DNA of 64,000 bases, from the NCBI RefSeq assembly GCF_006345805.1, contig NC_043017.1:17112001-17176000 (forward strand), read 5' to 3'. The notes under the pieces were generated by a model. The model was given only the letters and a program-made list of their open reading frames with translations. It did no database searches and had not been told where the DNA came from. This DNA is from Octopus sinensis. Taxonomy: Eukaryota. Made by a program: the position numbers and the translations under genes. Positions 11,226-23,561 of the stretch are shown here, one piece after another (within the stretch, counting starts at the first letter, position 1; every line of letters starts with the position of its first letter).

Positions 11226-11338
11226 TAATGTGTGCTCGGGACAGACCGGCATATTTTGCATCACAACTACATAAGGCAATCAGTTGCTTAGGAACTAAAG
11301 ATAATGCTCTGATCAGAATTGTCGTCTCTCGTTCTGAG
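11226..11338 (+). CDS. Annexin exon (repeat IV): (V)MCARDRPAYFASQLHKAISCLGTKDNALIRIVVSRSE
   Basis: tttcAG / GTaagt, 113 nt, phase 1 to 0. PAYFA..L.KA...GT....LIRI.VSRSE is diagnostic of annexin repeat IV. Confidence 0.96.
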
Positions 11339-11664
11339 GTAAGTTGACTTTCTTTATGTTTGATTGAGTGCTATCTAAATACAAATCAACTCTACACGTG
11401 ACTCTTTAAAACACACACACACACACACACACACACAAGGTGTCTGCTCACAATAACATAAGCACCTAAAACAATTACTCTACGCATGACAACCACCAAG
11501 TCATAGTTGCTTCTGTGTATATATGTATTATGTGTATGGATAGGTTTGTTATGTATATATATGTGTGTATATGCATATATGTTTGTTATATATATATATA
11601 CATATATGTTTGTTGTGTATGTGTATGGATACGTTTGTTATATATATGTGTGTATATGCATATA

Positions 11665-13370
11665 TAATAATAATAATAATTGTGTACAGTGCTCAGGTGC
11701 ACTACAACTCATCTAAAGTGTATATATAATCAGGTGTAGTTTCGGCGGATTTCGGAAAGCATGAGGACCTTAAAGGATGCAGTATCATGGCAGTCAACAA
11801 CTGACGCAGGCAGTTTATTCCATGCTTCAGCAACTCTGAGTGTGAAAAAATGTTTCCGAAAGTCATGTGAGCTGTGTTGTTTTCTGACTTTGTAGGCATG
11901 TCCACGTGTGTTAGACACATGGAGATCAAAAAGGTGTTCAGTGTTGTTGTTGGTGAGGTGGTTGATAACTTTGTGGGTGTTTACCAAGTCCGTCGCCAGA
12001 CGCTGGAGCTTCAGTGAATCCATGCCCAGGGAAACAAGGCGCTCAGAATATGGTAGGTGTCTGATGGAGGGTATGCGTTTGGTTGCACGTCTCTGGACAG
12101 ATTCCAGGAGGTCAATGTTCTGAGCAAGATAGGGGTTCCAAACTGATGATGCGAATTCCAAGTGTGGTCGTACCATAGCTGTATACAGTTTTAAATAGAT
12201 GGCTGGAGAGCGGCTAACAAAAGTCTTGCTGAGTGATGCCAAGACACCCTCGGCCTTCTTGACAATTTTAGAGATATGCTTTGTCCAACGCAAATCACTG
12301 CTGACAGTGATGCCTAGGTCACGCTCGCAAGAGGATTTCTTGATATCAGTGTTGTGGAGGGAGTATGTGGACGCAGGGTTTTTTTCTCCCAAAATGCATG
12401 GTGGTACACTTGTCCACAGCCAGTTTCAGTTGCCAGTCTGTGATCCATTGCTGCATTGTGTCTAGGTCTGATTGCAGGAAAGAGTTGTAGACATCAGGAT
12501 CTGTCCTCTTGATTTCAAGGTACAGCTTGATGTCGTCTGCATATTTCAATACTGTGGCATTCTTTAAATTGGCATCTATGTCATTAATGTATGCCACAAA
12601 CAAGAGGGGACCAAGGACAGATCCCTGTGGTACACCCGATGACATCTCATATGGTGTAGAGTGCTGTCCTAGAACTGTGACTACCTCCTTTCGGCTGAGG
12701 ATGAAGGATTTCAACCAGTTAAAAAGGTCATCCCTCACACCCATTGCAGAGAGTTTCACCATAAGCCTTTTGTGTGGCACAGAGTTGAAAGCCTTAGCAA
12801 AGTCAAGGTAGACAACATCCACCCATGAGCCACTGTCAGTGATCTGAGTAATGTCCTCAAGGAACTCGACAAGCTGATCACTGCAGCTGGAGTTAGGGAC
12901 AAATCCATATTGTGAGGGTCGGATGAGACTGTGAGAGCTCCAGAAGTTCCAGAGTGTTTCTCTGACACACGATTCCATCAGTTTTGCAATACAGCTAGTG
13001 AGACTGACTGGGCGATAGTTGACAGGTGATGTGCGGTCGCCCTTTTTGAACAGAGGAATGACACTGGCAGTTTTCCACTGCTCCGGAGTAGCACCATTGT
13101 TGAGACAGTACTGGAAGAAAATAGAAAGCTGGTGTAAAAGGAAGTACCTGCCACGTTTGAGAAGCAGGTATGTAACTCCATCGAGACCAGGGGAGGCATA
13201 GTTGCACTTATTTTGAAGGTGACGTTGCAGCATTGCAGGTGTAAATTCCATAGTTGTTATGGAATTTGCTGTTAGTGATGGTGAAGATGGTACATTTTGA
13301 CTTTCAACAGTGAATATGTTTGCATAGCACTCGGCAATGAATTCTGCGCATTCCTTGGGGTCGTCAGTGT
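11665..13370 (-). mobile_element. 5'-truncated CR1-clade LINE, copy 1 (RT with one frameshift)
   Basis: ORFs 12346..13488 and 11730..12392: NYRPVSLTS, YLDFAKAFNSV, GVPQGSVLGP, YADD, RPHLEFASSVWNP, TRGH..K, FFTLRV..WNKLP. (TTA)n 3' tail. Confidence 0.95.
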
Positions 13371-13450
13371 TGTTATATATATATATACATATATGTTTGT
13401 TGTGTATGTGTATGGATACGTTTGTATATATATGTGTGTATATGCATATA

Positions 13451-15155
13451 TAATAATAATAATAATTGTGTACAGTGCTCAGGTGCACTACAACTCATCT
13501 AAAGTGTATATATAATCAGGTGTAGTTTCGGCGGATTTCGGAAAGCATGAGGACCTTAAAGGATGCAGTATCATGGCAGTCAACAACTGACGCAGGCAGT
13601 TTATTCCATGCTTCAGCAACTCTGAGTGTGAAAAAATGTTTCCGAAAGTCATGTGAGCTGTGTTGTTTTCTGACTTTGTAGGCATGTCCACGTGTGTTAG
13701 ACACATGGAGATCAAAAAGGTGTTCAGTGTTGTTGTTGGTGAGGTGGTTGATAACTTTGTGGGTGTTTACCAAGTCCGTCGCCAGACGCTGGAGCTTCAG
13801 TGAATCCATGCCCAGGGAAACAAGGCGCTCAGAATATGGTAGGTGTCTGATGGAGGGTATGCGTTTGGTTGCACGTCTCTGGACAGATTCCAGGAGGTCA
13901 ATGTTCTGAGCAAGATAGGGGTTCCAAACTGATGATGCGAATTCCAAGTGTGGTCGTACCATAGCTGTATACAGTTTTAAATAGATGGCTGGAGAGCGGC
14001 TAACAAAAGTCTTGCTGAGTGATGCCAAGACACCCTCGGCCTTCTTGACAATTTTAGAGATATGCTTTGTCCAACGCAAATCACTGCTGACAGTGATGCC
14101 TAGGTCACGCTCGCAAGAGGATTCTTGATATCAGTGTTGTGGAGGGAGTATGTGGACGCAGGGTTTTTTTCTCCCAAAATGCATGGTGGTACACTTGTCC
14201 ACAGCCAGTTTCAGTTGCCAGTCTGTGATCCATTGCTGCATTGTGTCTAGGTCTGATTGCAGGAAAGAGTTGTAGACATCAGGATCTGTCCTCTTGATTT
14301 CAAGGTACAGCTTGATGTCGTCTGCATATTTCAATACTGTGGCATTCTTTAAATTGGCATCTATGTCATTAATGTATGCCACAAACAAGAGGGGACCAAG
14401 GACAGATCCCTGTGGTACACCCGATGACATCTCATATGGTGTAGAGTGCTGTCCTAGAACTGTGACTACCTCCTTTCGGCTGAGGATGAAGGATTTCAAC
14501 CAGTTAAAAAGGTCATCCCTCACACCCATTGCAGAGAGTTTCACCATAAGCCTTTTGTGTGGCACAGAGTTGAAAGCCTTAGCAAAGTCAAGGTAGACAA
14601 CATCCACCCATGAGCCACTGTCAGTGATCTGAGTAATGTCCTCAAGGAACTCGACAAGCTGATCACTGCAGCTGGAGTTAGGGACAAATCCATATTGTGA
14701 GGGTCGGATGAGACTGTGAGAGCTCCAGAAGTTCCAGAGTGTTTCTCTGACACACGATTCCATCAGTTTTGCAATACAGCTAGTGAGACTGACTGGGCGA
14801 TAGTTGACAGGTGATGTGCGGTCGCCCTTTTTGAACAGAGGAATGACACTGGCAGTTTTCCACTGCTCCGGAGTAGCACCATTGTTGAGACAGTACTGGA
14901 AGAAAATAGAAAGCTGGTGTAAAAGGAAGTACCTGCCACGTTTGAGAAGCAGGTATGTAACTCCATCGAGACCAGGGGAGGCATAGTTGCACTTATTTTG
15001 AAGGTGACGTTGCAGCATTGCAGGTGTAAATTCCATAGTTGTTATGGAATTTGCTGTTAGTGATGGTGAAGATGGTACATTTTGACTTTCAACAGTGAAT
15101 ATGTTTGCATAGCACTCGGCAATGAATTCTGCGCATTCCTTGGGGTCGTCAGTGT
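13451..15155 (-). mobile_element. 5'-truncated CR1-clade LINE, copy 2 (tandem duplicate, 1786-bp period, two frameshifts)
   Basis: Identical translations and truncation point; one extra 1-nt deletion (gaggatttct to gaggattct near 14120). Confidence 0.95.
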
Positions 15156-15820
15156 TTGTTATATATATATATATATACATATGTGTATATTATGTATGTG
15201 TATGTTTGTTATATATATATTTGCGTGTATATGCATATGTGTTTGTTTTATATATATCATCATCATCATCATTGTTTAACGTTCGTTTTCCGCGCTATAT
15301 ATGTGCTTGTTATGTATATATGCATATATGTTTGTGTATATACATGACTGGCATGTGAAACAATGTTTTGAAATATACAAACTTTCCAATCAGTCCATAT
15401 ATGTACGGTGCATATTTGACCTATGATAACTCTATTTTCACTGCAGTTTGACCTGGAGAAAAAATTCTCTCTTGAAGCAAAAAGTGTAAAATACCAAAAC
15501 CATTTCATAGCTCCCCCTATGAATGAATATACAAATTTCAAGTTCCTTGTGCTCTCATCAGTTTTAAATACCTTGGTGGAACAGCTACAGCTCATTCCAG
15601 CCTCTACACTTACAGAACACTCCCTTTGCTGCTTATTGAGTACTTGTGCCTAAGTAGTAAAAGTTAGAGACATGTCAAGTTCAAACCCATAAAAATGTTA
15701 AATACTAAACAGGCTCTATTTATATTATTTTAGAAATTGGTCATTGTTAATTAATTATAAACTGTGGCAATTGACAAGAGCTATTTATTTCAAGCTGAAA
15801 TGGAGCATCATTGATTACTC

Positions 15821-15972
15821 ACGCAGGCGTGGCTGAGTGGTAAGAAGCTTGCTTTGCAACCACATGCTTCCGGGTTCAGTCCCACTGTGTGGCACCTTGG
15901 GCAAGTGTCTTCTGCTATAGCTTCAGGCCGACCAAAGCCTTGTGAGTGGATTTGGCCGATGGAAACTGAAAG
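15821..15972 (+). mobile_element. SINE family A 5' half (a second 5' half lies at 16471-16630)
   Basis: Head through ggaaactgaaagaa only. Confidence 0.8.
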
Positions 15973-16725
15973 AATATATATATTTATAAATAAGGATAAT
16001 ATCAGAGTCAGGGATTTGACTGCTATTTCGGCATGGTGGTGTCTCCCAGACACCCTTATTTTTAGTTATATATAGTTGAAATTTACGGAAAAACTGTAAA
16101 TTTACAGAAAAACTGCATTCCTAAATAGAGGTGAACAACATGAACATCATCTGTTGTATGTATGAATCTATTCCCATATTTCAAGCAGGCAATAGTCTCT
16201 TAAAACGGAAATGATATTCTAACTAGTTGCAATCATATGACCTTCAAAACTTCTCAAATGTTGTAAACATAATAATTACACAAAATAATTACCTAATCTA
16301 ATAGGACTCACATATATATGTCTTAAAATTATATTCTAAATTCTCTACATATTTACTCTTTCTTCATGCCACTTGATCCTTAAATTGATTTGTATTGCAT
16401 AAGGCATCTAACAAAAACTCGGTCTATCCCACGCATCCTTGTTATAATTTAGTGACTTGATTACTCATGTGGGCATGGCTAGGTGGTTAGAATCTTGCTT
16501 TGCAACCACATGCTTCCGGGTTCAGTCCCACTGTGTGGCACCTCGGGCAAGTATCTTCTGCTATAGCTTCGGGCTGACCAAAGTCTTGTGAGTGGATTTG
16601 GTAGATGGAAACTGAAAAAAGCCCGTCGTATATATATATAGTTGAAATTTACAGAAAACAAAAGAAGACAGGTGTATAAACAACAAGCAGGTGTATTAGT
16701 TTAGTGCTCGGGAAGGTGAGAAAGT

Positions 16726-16761
16726 CTTTTACGTTTCGAGCCTATGCTCTTCAACAGAAAG
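16726..16761 (-). ncRNA. Minimal hammerhead-like motif (A6U variant) in a short repeat
   Basis: Minus strand: cttt-CTGTTGA-a-gagc/atag/gctc-GAAA-cg-TA-aaag. A decayed + strand copy lies at 31372-31407. Confidence 0.58.
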
Positions 16762-16824
16762 GAATACAAGAAAATAAACAGAGACAGAATAAAAAATTTT
16801 TGGAAGTTAGCGGTCAATCATGGC

Positions 16825-16863
<39 letters not shown>

Positions 16864-16867
16864 CATG

Positions 16868-16902
<35 letters not shown>

Positions 16903-16930
16903 ATATATATGTATATATATATATATATAT

Positions 16931-17150
16931 CATCATCATCATTGTTTAATGTCTCTTTTCCATGCTAGCATGGGTTGGATGGTTCGACCGGGGTCTGGGA
17001 AGCCAGGAGGCTGCACCAGGCTCCAGTGTGATCTGGCAGTGTTTCTACTGCTGGATGCCCGTCCTGACACCAACCACTCCGCGAGTGTAGCGGGTGCTTT
17101 TTACGTGCCACCGGCACGGGGGCCAGAGAAGGCTGGCAACAGCCACAATC
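16931..17150 (-). mobile_element. SINE-like family B copy
   Basis: (CAT)n end plus the family B body. Confidence 0.85.
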
Positions 17151-17454
17151 TACTTTTCCTCTTCCTCCTCCTTCTCCTCTACAAAGAATTCACAACGTCC
17201 TTGAACCCACAAGAATATACAAGACAGACAGAAACAAGGAAAATACCCTTTGTATTTGAACACTATGCAAATATTCTTTTAAAAATACTTCTCTTTTAAT
17301 TTTTCCAAAATTTAATTGTTTTCCATACTTACAGTTGAAAAAGTCTCAATGACTGAAACTGGTACTGAAATGTTTTTTATAAAATTATTTTAGCATTTTC
17401 TATCTTGACTTTTTTTTCCATATATATCAACCTGTGTGTTCCTTTTCAACCTTC

Positions 17455-17498
<44 letters not shown>

Positions 17499-17556
17499 TA
17501 TAAATATCTACATATATATATATATATATATAATATATATATATACATATGTATAT

Positions 17557-17636
17557 AACGGAGCCGCAAATGCAAAATATAAGTTAGTCCTAGAGTGCTC
17601 TAGGACTAACTTATATTTTGCATTTGCGGCTCCGTT
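17557..17636. repeat. Perfect palindrome: 39-bp arms, 2-nt spacer, overlapping the RTE 3' end
   Basis: aacggagccgcaaatgcaaaatataagttagtcctagag-tg-ctctaggactaacttatattttgcatttgcggctccgtt. Confidence 0.95.
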
Positions 17637-18325
17637 GGTGGCTAATGAGCCCTGCTCTTGACAAGCATACACGACTGCAAACATTGCAGACCAAGCTTTC
17701 CCCATTCACTATACAAGCCGTGCGCTTTCGCGCAGCTCGCTTAAGTTCTTCATGCTGGATACGTGCTCTCTCAAAAGTGTCAATCCCCTCCTTAATCTGC
17801 TTCCTCCATCTGTGGCAATGACAGGCATTGTTCTCCCAGTCAGTATCCTGCATATCACAGGCCTTTAATGAGAACTTGACACAGTCCTTAAATCGCAGTC
17901 TTGGTTTCTGCCGGAGTCTCCTTCCATTCACAAGTTCTGCATAGAGCATCTGCTTAGGAATCCTGCTATCCTTCATTATAATAAGGTGTCCAGTCCAACG
18001 TAACCAGTGCTTGTGCACCATCGCCTCAATACTCAAGATATCAGCTGTCCTCAGGATCTGTGTGTCTGGAATTTTTGAGGTCCAGCCAACATTGAGTATG
18101 TGTCTGAGACATCTCTGATGAAAGCGTTCAAGGACCCTTACATGACGTTTGTACATAGTCCATGCCTCACATGAGTAGAGAAGCAATGTCAGTACACAAG
18201 CACGGTACACAGCAACTTTTGTTTGCCTTGCGATGCCATGTTGGGACCAGACACGAGACTGAAGAGACCAGAAGGTATTAGTTGCTTTCTGCAACCTGAA
18301 AGATATTTCCTCATCCAGAGAGCAA
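17611..18325 (-). mobile_element. 5'-truncated RTE-clade LINE (post-RT C-terminus with terminal C..C...H finger)
   Basis: Open frame [79 protein letters not shown]. Confidence 0.9.
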
Positions 18326-18330
18326 CAACA

Positions 18331-18393
<63 letters not shown>

Positions 18394-18660
18394 GTATATA
18401 TGTATACATATATATATATATATATAGTATATATGTATGCATATATATCTATACAGTATATATGTATACATATATATATATATATATATACTATATATTC
18501 ATTTATATATATAGTATGTATGTATATATATATATACATATATAGTGTGTGTATATATATATATATATTTATATACAAATGTATATATATATATATACTT
18601 ACATATAGTATGTATATATATATTATGTGTATATATATATATATATATATTTATATACAA

Positions 18661-18686
<26 letters not shown>

Positions 18687-18694
<8 letters not shown>

Positions 18695-18788
18695 TCAAAC
18701 ATATAAGGGATGGCCATAATAGGACATCCGACTCACTAGTGAGTCGGATGTCCTATTATGGCCATCCCTTATATGTTTGAATGTATAT
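18687..18788. repeat. Perfect 102-bp spacer-less palindrome
   Basis: 51-bp arms centred on actcact|agtgagt at 18737/18738. Confidence 0.95.
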
Positions 18789-18904
18789 TATATTATATAG
18801 TCAATTGACTATTTTTTCTCTCTCACTTGACCACTGGTAGCGGAGAATTTTTCTTGAATTTTTTGCAACCCTAAAATTTATTAAGACCTGTTGAGACAAG
18901 TGAA

Positions 18905-19330
18905 AATCAAAATCAAATCAAAATCAAAATCAAACCAAATCAAATCAGATATCAGAAAGCAGAACCAAAATCAAAGTCGATCAACATCAATAGAAATTGC
19001 AGCTGTGGTTAAGCGAACCATCCGATCGTGGCTGTTGCCAGCGGCGCCCTGACTGGCCTCCGTGTCGGTGGCACGTAAAAGCACTATCCGTTCGTGTCCG
19101 TTGCCAGCCTCGCCTGGCCCCCGTGCTGGTGGCACATAAAAGCACCATCCGTTCGTGGCACGTAAAAAGCACCCACTACACTCATGGAGTTGTTGGCATT
19201 AGGAAGGGCATCCAGCTGTAGAAACACTGCCAGATCAGACTGGGCCTGATGCAGCCTTCTGGCTTCACAGACCCCAGTTGAACCGTCCAACCCATGCTAG
19301 CATGGAAAGCGGACGCTAAATGATGATGAT
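18905..19330 (+). mobile_element. SINE-like family B copy with an upstream (AAATC)n tract
   Basis: Family B body and (GAT)n tail. The same aagacctgttgag..caagtgaaatc-(aaatc)n leader occurs at about 58255-58490. Confidence 0.8.
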
Positions 19331-19546
19331 ATATATATATACATATAGTATGTATGTATATATATATATATATAATATATATATATATATAATATATATA
19401 TATATATACATATATATACATCTTTATAGCATACCTATATACATATATATGTATGTACTAGGAAGAGGATGCGTGACGTTCAATCATATGATAATATAAT
19501 ATATATATACTATATATTCATTTATATATATAGTATGTATGTATAT

Positions 19547-19595
<49 letters not shown>

Positions 19596-19630
19596 TATAT
19601 ATACATATATATATATATTATATATATATA

Positions 19631-19676
<46 letters not shown>

Positions 19677-20117
19677 CTAAAAAAAAGAAAACTTTGTGAC
19701 TTTAAATGTTTGAAAAGGAAAGAAGAAAAAGAAAAAGAGCTTTGTTGTTAAATGTGTTTCTTTAAAAGAAAAGAAAGAAGAAAAGAACTGATTGTTGAAT
19801 GTTTTTTGAGAAAGTAATTTTGTGATGTTAAATGTTTAAAAAAACAAGAAAAAGAAAACGAGCTGTGTTGCTAAATGTTCTTTTAAAGGAACAAAGGAGA
19901 GGGGAAAAAAAAAGAACTTTCCAGAAGAACTATTGTTGTTGAATGTTTTGTTAAAAAACAATAATTACTTTGACTATGCAACGTTTTGTGTGTGTTATTT
20001 TTGTTGCTGTTGTTGTTGGCTCTACTGGCTACGTTTCGCTGCTTCACCATCTGGAGTGAGTTTCTGATTTGCTGAACATTGTCGTACGTGAGCTTTTCTG
20101 GGCCAGCAAACTCTTTA

Positions 20118-20391
20118 TCTCTTTTACTTGTTTCAGTCATTTGACTGCGGCCATGCTGGAGCACTGCCTTTAATCGAGCAACTCGACCCCGGGACTTATT
20201 CTTTTGTAAGCCCAGTACTTATTCTATCGTTCGCTTTTGCCGAACCGCTAAGTAACAGGGACATAAACACACCAGCATCGGTTGTCAAGCAATGCTAGGG
20301 GACAAACACAAACACACACACACATATATATATATATACATATATACGATGGGCTTCTTTCAGTTTCTGTCTACCAAATCCACTCACAAGG
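20118..20391 (-). mobile_element. SINE family A 3' two-thirds
   Basis: Reverse complement of the family A tail and body, truncated at cactcacaagg. Confidence 0.85.
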
Positions 20392-20509
20392 AACTGTATA
20401 TATATATGTACCTGGATTCCTAATATGCTAAATGTAGATGCCAAATGGTCTGACCACTAAGAAAGATTATTCTCAAGAAAATTCAGCAAACGTTTTTTTT
20501 CTTTATTTT

Positions 20510-20900
20510 CTTTTACTTGTTTCAACCATTTGACTGCGGCCATGCTGGAGCACCACTTTTAGTTGAGCAAAATTGACCCCAGGACTTATTCTTTGGAAGC
20601 CAAGTACTTATTCTAGTGCTCTCTTTTGACGAACCACTATGTTACGGGGATGTAAATACACCGGCATTGGTTGTCAAGCAATGTTCGGGGGGGGGGGGGG
20701 GGGGGCCAAACACAGACACATACATATACATATATACGACGGGCTTCTTTCAGTTTCCGTCCACCAAATCCACTCACAAGGCATTGGTCGGCCCGGGGCT
20801 ATAGTAGAAGACACTTGCCCAAGGTGCTACGCAGTGGGAATGAACCCAGAACCATGTGGTTGGTAAGCAAGCTACTTACCACACAGCCACTCCTGTGCCT
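20510..20900 (-). mobile_element. SINE family A (full length) with an expanded G19 run
   Basis: Family A reverse complement; ggggg expanded to 19 G at 20687-20705; flanked by a 69-bp inverted repeat. Confidence 0.88.
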
Positions 20901-21523
20901 ATATTTGCTGAATTTTCTTGAGAACAATTTTTCTTAGTGATCAGACCATATGGGGTCTACATTTAGCATATTCCTTTTTTGTCTTTTGTTGTGTCTGTTA
21001 GAAAATTTTAGAGTGGTCCTGTTATAGATTATTATCTCTAAATTGGGTGCTGCAGCTATTTTGTAAGTGTTGTGAACGACTAATTGTGGAGATTCTTGTT
21101 CATCCTGATGAGGATTCAATACTGAGATGCACCTTATCTCATAATTGGACCATGGCATTGAACTCGCAAAATGGCCATAGTTGTGTTCTGACGTGTTTTT
21201 GTGGAATTCTCTTATGCTCCTTGGACTTCAACCTACCATCGTTTTTATGAAACAAAGTATTTTGACATATTTTTAATTGAGGGGAGTAAAAACTTACTTT
21301 CAGTCAATTGATATATTTAAAAAAAATTTTTTTTAGTTATCTGACACTCTTTAGTAATACATTTTGGTTACTTATTTTTAGTCGATTTTATACACCATTT
21401 CTTGATAGGCCATTCTATATATTTGCAGTTTTACATGCATATATATTTTTCACCTTCTGTGTTTTTATATATATTCCTTGTATATGCTGAGGCCGTGGTA
21501 ATATTTATATATTTTCAAATGTA

Positions 21524-21916
21524 TGGGTGCTGGTGGCACGTAAAAAGCACCATCCGATCATGGCCATTTGCCAGCCTCATCTGGCACCTGTGCCGGTGGC
21601 ACGTAAAAAGCACCATCCAATCGTGGTCATTTGCCAGCCTCATCTGGCACCTGTGCCGGTGGCATGTAAAAGCACCATCCAATCGTGGCCGTTTGCCAGC
21701 CTCCCCTGGCACCTGTGCCGGTGGCACGTAAAAATCACCGTCTACACTCACAGAGTGGTTAGCGGTAGGAAGGGCATCCGGCTGTAGAAACACTGCCAGA
21801 TCAGACTGGAGCCCGGTGCAGCCTTCTGGCTTCCCAGGCCCCAGTTGAACCATCCAACCCATGCTAGCACGGAAAGCGGACGCTAAACGACGATGATGAT
21901 GATGATGATGATGATG
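21524..21916 (+). mobile_element. SINE-like family B copy with about 4 internal tandem units
   Basis: Repeated gtgccggtggcacgtaaaaagcaccatccaatcgtgg unit, then the body and (GAT)n. Confidence 0.87.
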
Positions 21917-22641
21917 TGCTGTCATATAAAGTCATTTACTCAAATTTGATGTTTGTTCTTTAATCATTGTTTTTTTTTTATTTCTGTCTCAATTCATTTG
22001 AGCACTTCTTATATGTGTATATATGTGTGTGTGTGTGAGTGTATGTGTGTAAGTATTTATGTTTGTACGTCCCAATTATTTTAATTGTTACTTTTATAGT
22101 ATCCTTTATCTATGTTAGTTTTATGACTGTTGTTTTATGGTGACCATAATTTGATTCTGCTCTCAAGGCTCTGATAATTTACAGTGACACTCTATTCAAA
22201 AGTGTTCTTTTTTTATTTCTATATTGCCTAGTAAACTGATCTTGGTTTCGAGTTCTCTTTTTATAAATTGCTGCCAACTATAAGTACCTATCATTCTACA
22301 TATGTCTTCATTTCTCATAACTGCTTGTGAAGAATTGATATCTTAACAATACACATTGGAACCTCGACGAATAAAATATATAAGGTTTATACTTATTGTA
22401 GTAATACATATGAAATATAATTATAATCATATACATGTATATGTTTTTATTCACATACCTGGCAACCTTAGTTGCTTACCATGAAATATAAGATAAGTTT
22501 TTCAGCTTATTGTACTTCAATATGGGAAAAATCCACAACCTTCTGCCTCAATAAACCATTATTGCTCCTGAAAGTTTTTTCATATTTTCTACAGATTGCT
22601 TGAAGCTCACTTTCTTCCTGGACCTTGATCCTTGGATCTTA

Positions 22642-22678
<37 letters not shown>

Positions 22679-22737
22679 TAGAAGAAATAAGGTACTCAGA
22701 AATCTGGATAGTTTTACATTTACAGATTTTTATTAAT

Positions 22738-23150
22738 AGGTGCAGGAGTGGCTGTGTGGTAAGTAGCTTGCTTACCAACCACATGGTTCCGGGTTCAGTC
22801 CCATTGCATGGCACCTTGGGCAAGTGTCTTCTGCTATAGCCCCGGGCCGACCAAAGCCTTGTTAGTGGATTTGGTAGACGGAAACTGAAAGAATCCCGTC
22901 TTATATATGTATATATATATGTGTGTATGCGTGTATGTTTGTGTGTCTGTGTTTGTCCCCCTAGCATTGCTTGACAACCGATGCTGGTGTGTTTATGTCC
23001 CCGTTACTTAGCGGTTTGGCAAAAGAGACCGATAGAATAAGTACTGGGCTTACAAAAGAATAAGTCTCGGGGTCGAGTTGCTCGATTAAAGGTGGTGCTC
23101 CAGCATGGCTGCAGTCAAATGACTGAAACAAATAAAAGAGAGTAAGAGAG
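22738..23150 (+). mobile_element. SINE family A (full length)
   Basis: Head-to-tail match. Confidence 0.9.
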
Positions 23151-23273
23151 TATGTCACATGTTTTTATAAATCATATATTAGTGCCTGCATCTACTCTAG
23201 TAGACTCTCCATATATATATATATATATATATATATATCTGTAAAATGATATGTTACAATTACTCAATAGTCA

Positions 23274-23336
23274 AGATAAAACTCTGAGTTTCGGATGCCG
23301 AGGTGGAAATCCACAACACCATCTCTTCGGTCATCT
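23274..23336 (-). ncRNA. Hammerhead-like motif (U4C) in a ~200-bp element embedded in (TA)n
   Basis: Minus strand: agatga-CCGAAGA-gatg...catc-c-GAAA-ctc/a/gag-TT-ttatct. Confidence 0.5.
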
Positions 23337-23435
23337 AGCCATTGAATAGTTGTCACATATTATTTTACAGATAAATTTCTTCTATTTACATAATATTGAG
23401 GTCTCTTTCTTTCTTTTGTTATCTTACCGTTTTTA

Positions 23436-23469
<34 letters not shown>

Positions 23470-23513
23470 AAAGAGGATTTGAAAATACAGAGGCCTTTTA
23501 AAGATGTTTATTG

Positions 23514-23561
23514 ACTTGACCGGTTTCACTTTTTCTAAAAAAAAAAAGGATTATCAAAAGT
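23514..23561 (-). ncRNA. Hammerhead-like motif (U3-A8), stem II decayed
   Basis: Minus strand: actt-TTGATAA-tcc(t)n..aaaaagt-GAAA-ccgg-TC-aagt. Confidence 0.45.

Noticed and set aside
11908-14986. Plus-strand ORFs over the CR1 copies (MISRYSLMSS..., MTGDVRSP...)
   Set aside because: Antisense shadows of the RT frame.
19680-19930. Purine-rich, loosely periodic 50-60-bp segments as a functional repeat
   Set aside because: Too degenerate; consistent with low-complexity slippage.
21524-21740. Regularly spaced ~60-bp repeats (also the 193-bp array at 56.5 kb) as a CRISPR-like array
   Set aside because: No unique spacers, eukaryotic context; these are tandem units of SINE-like elements.
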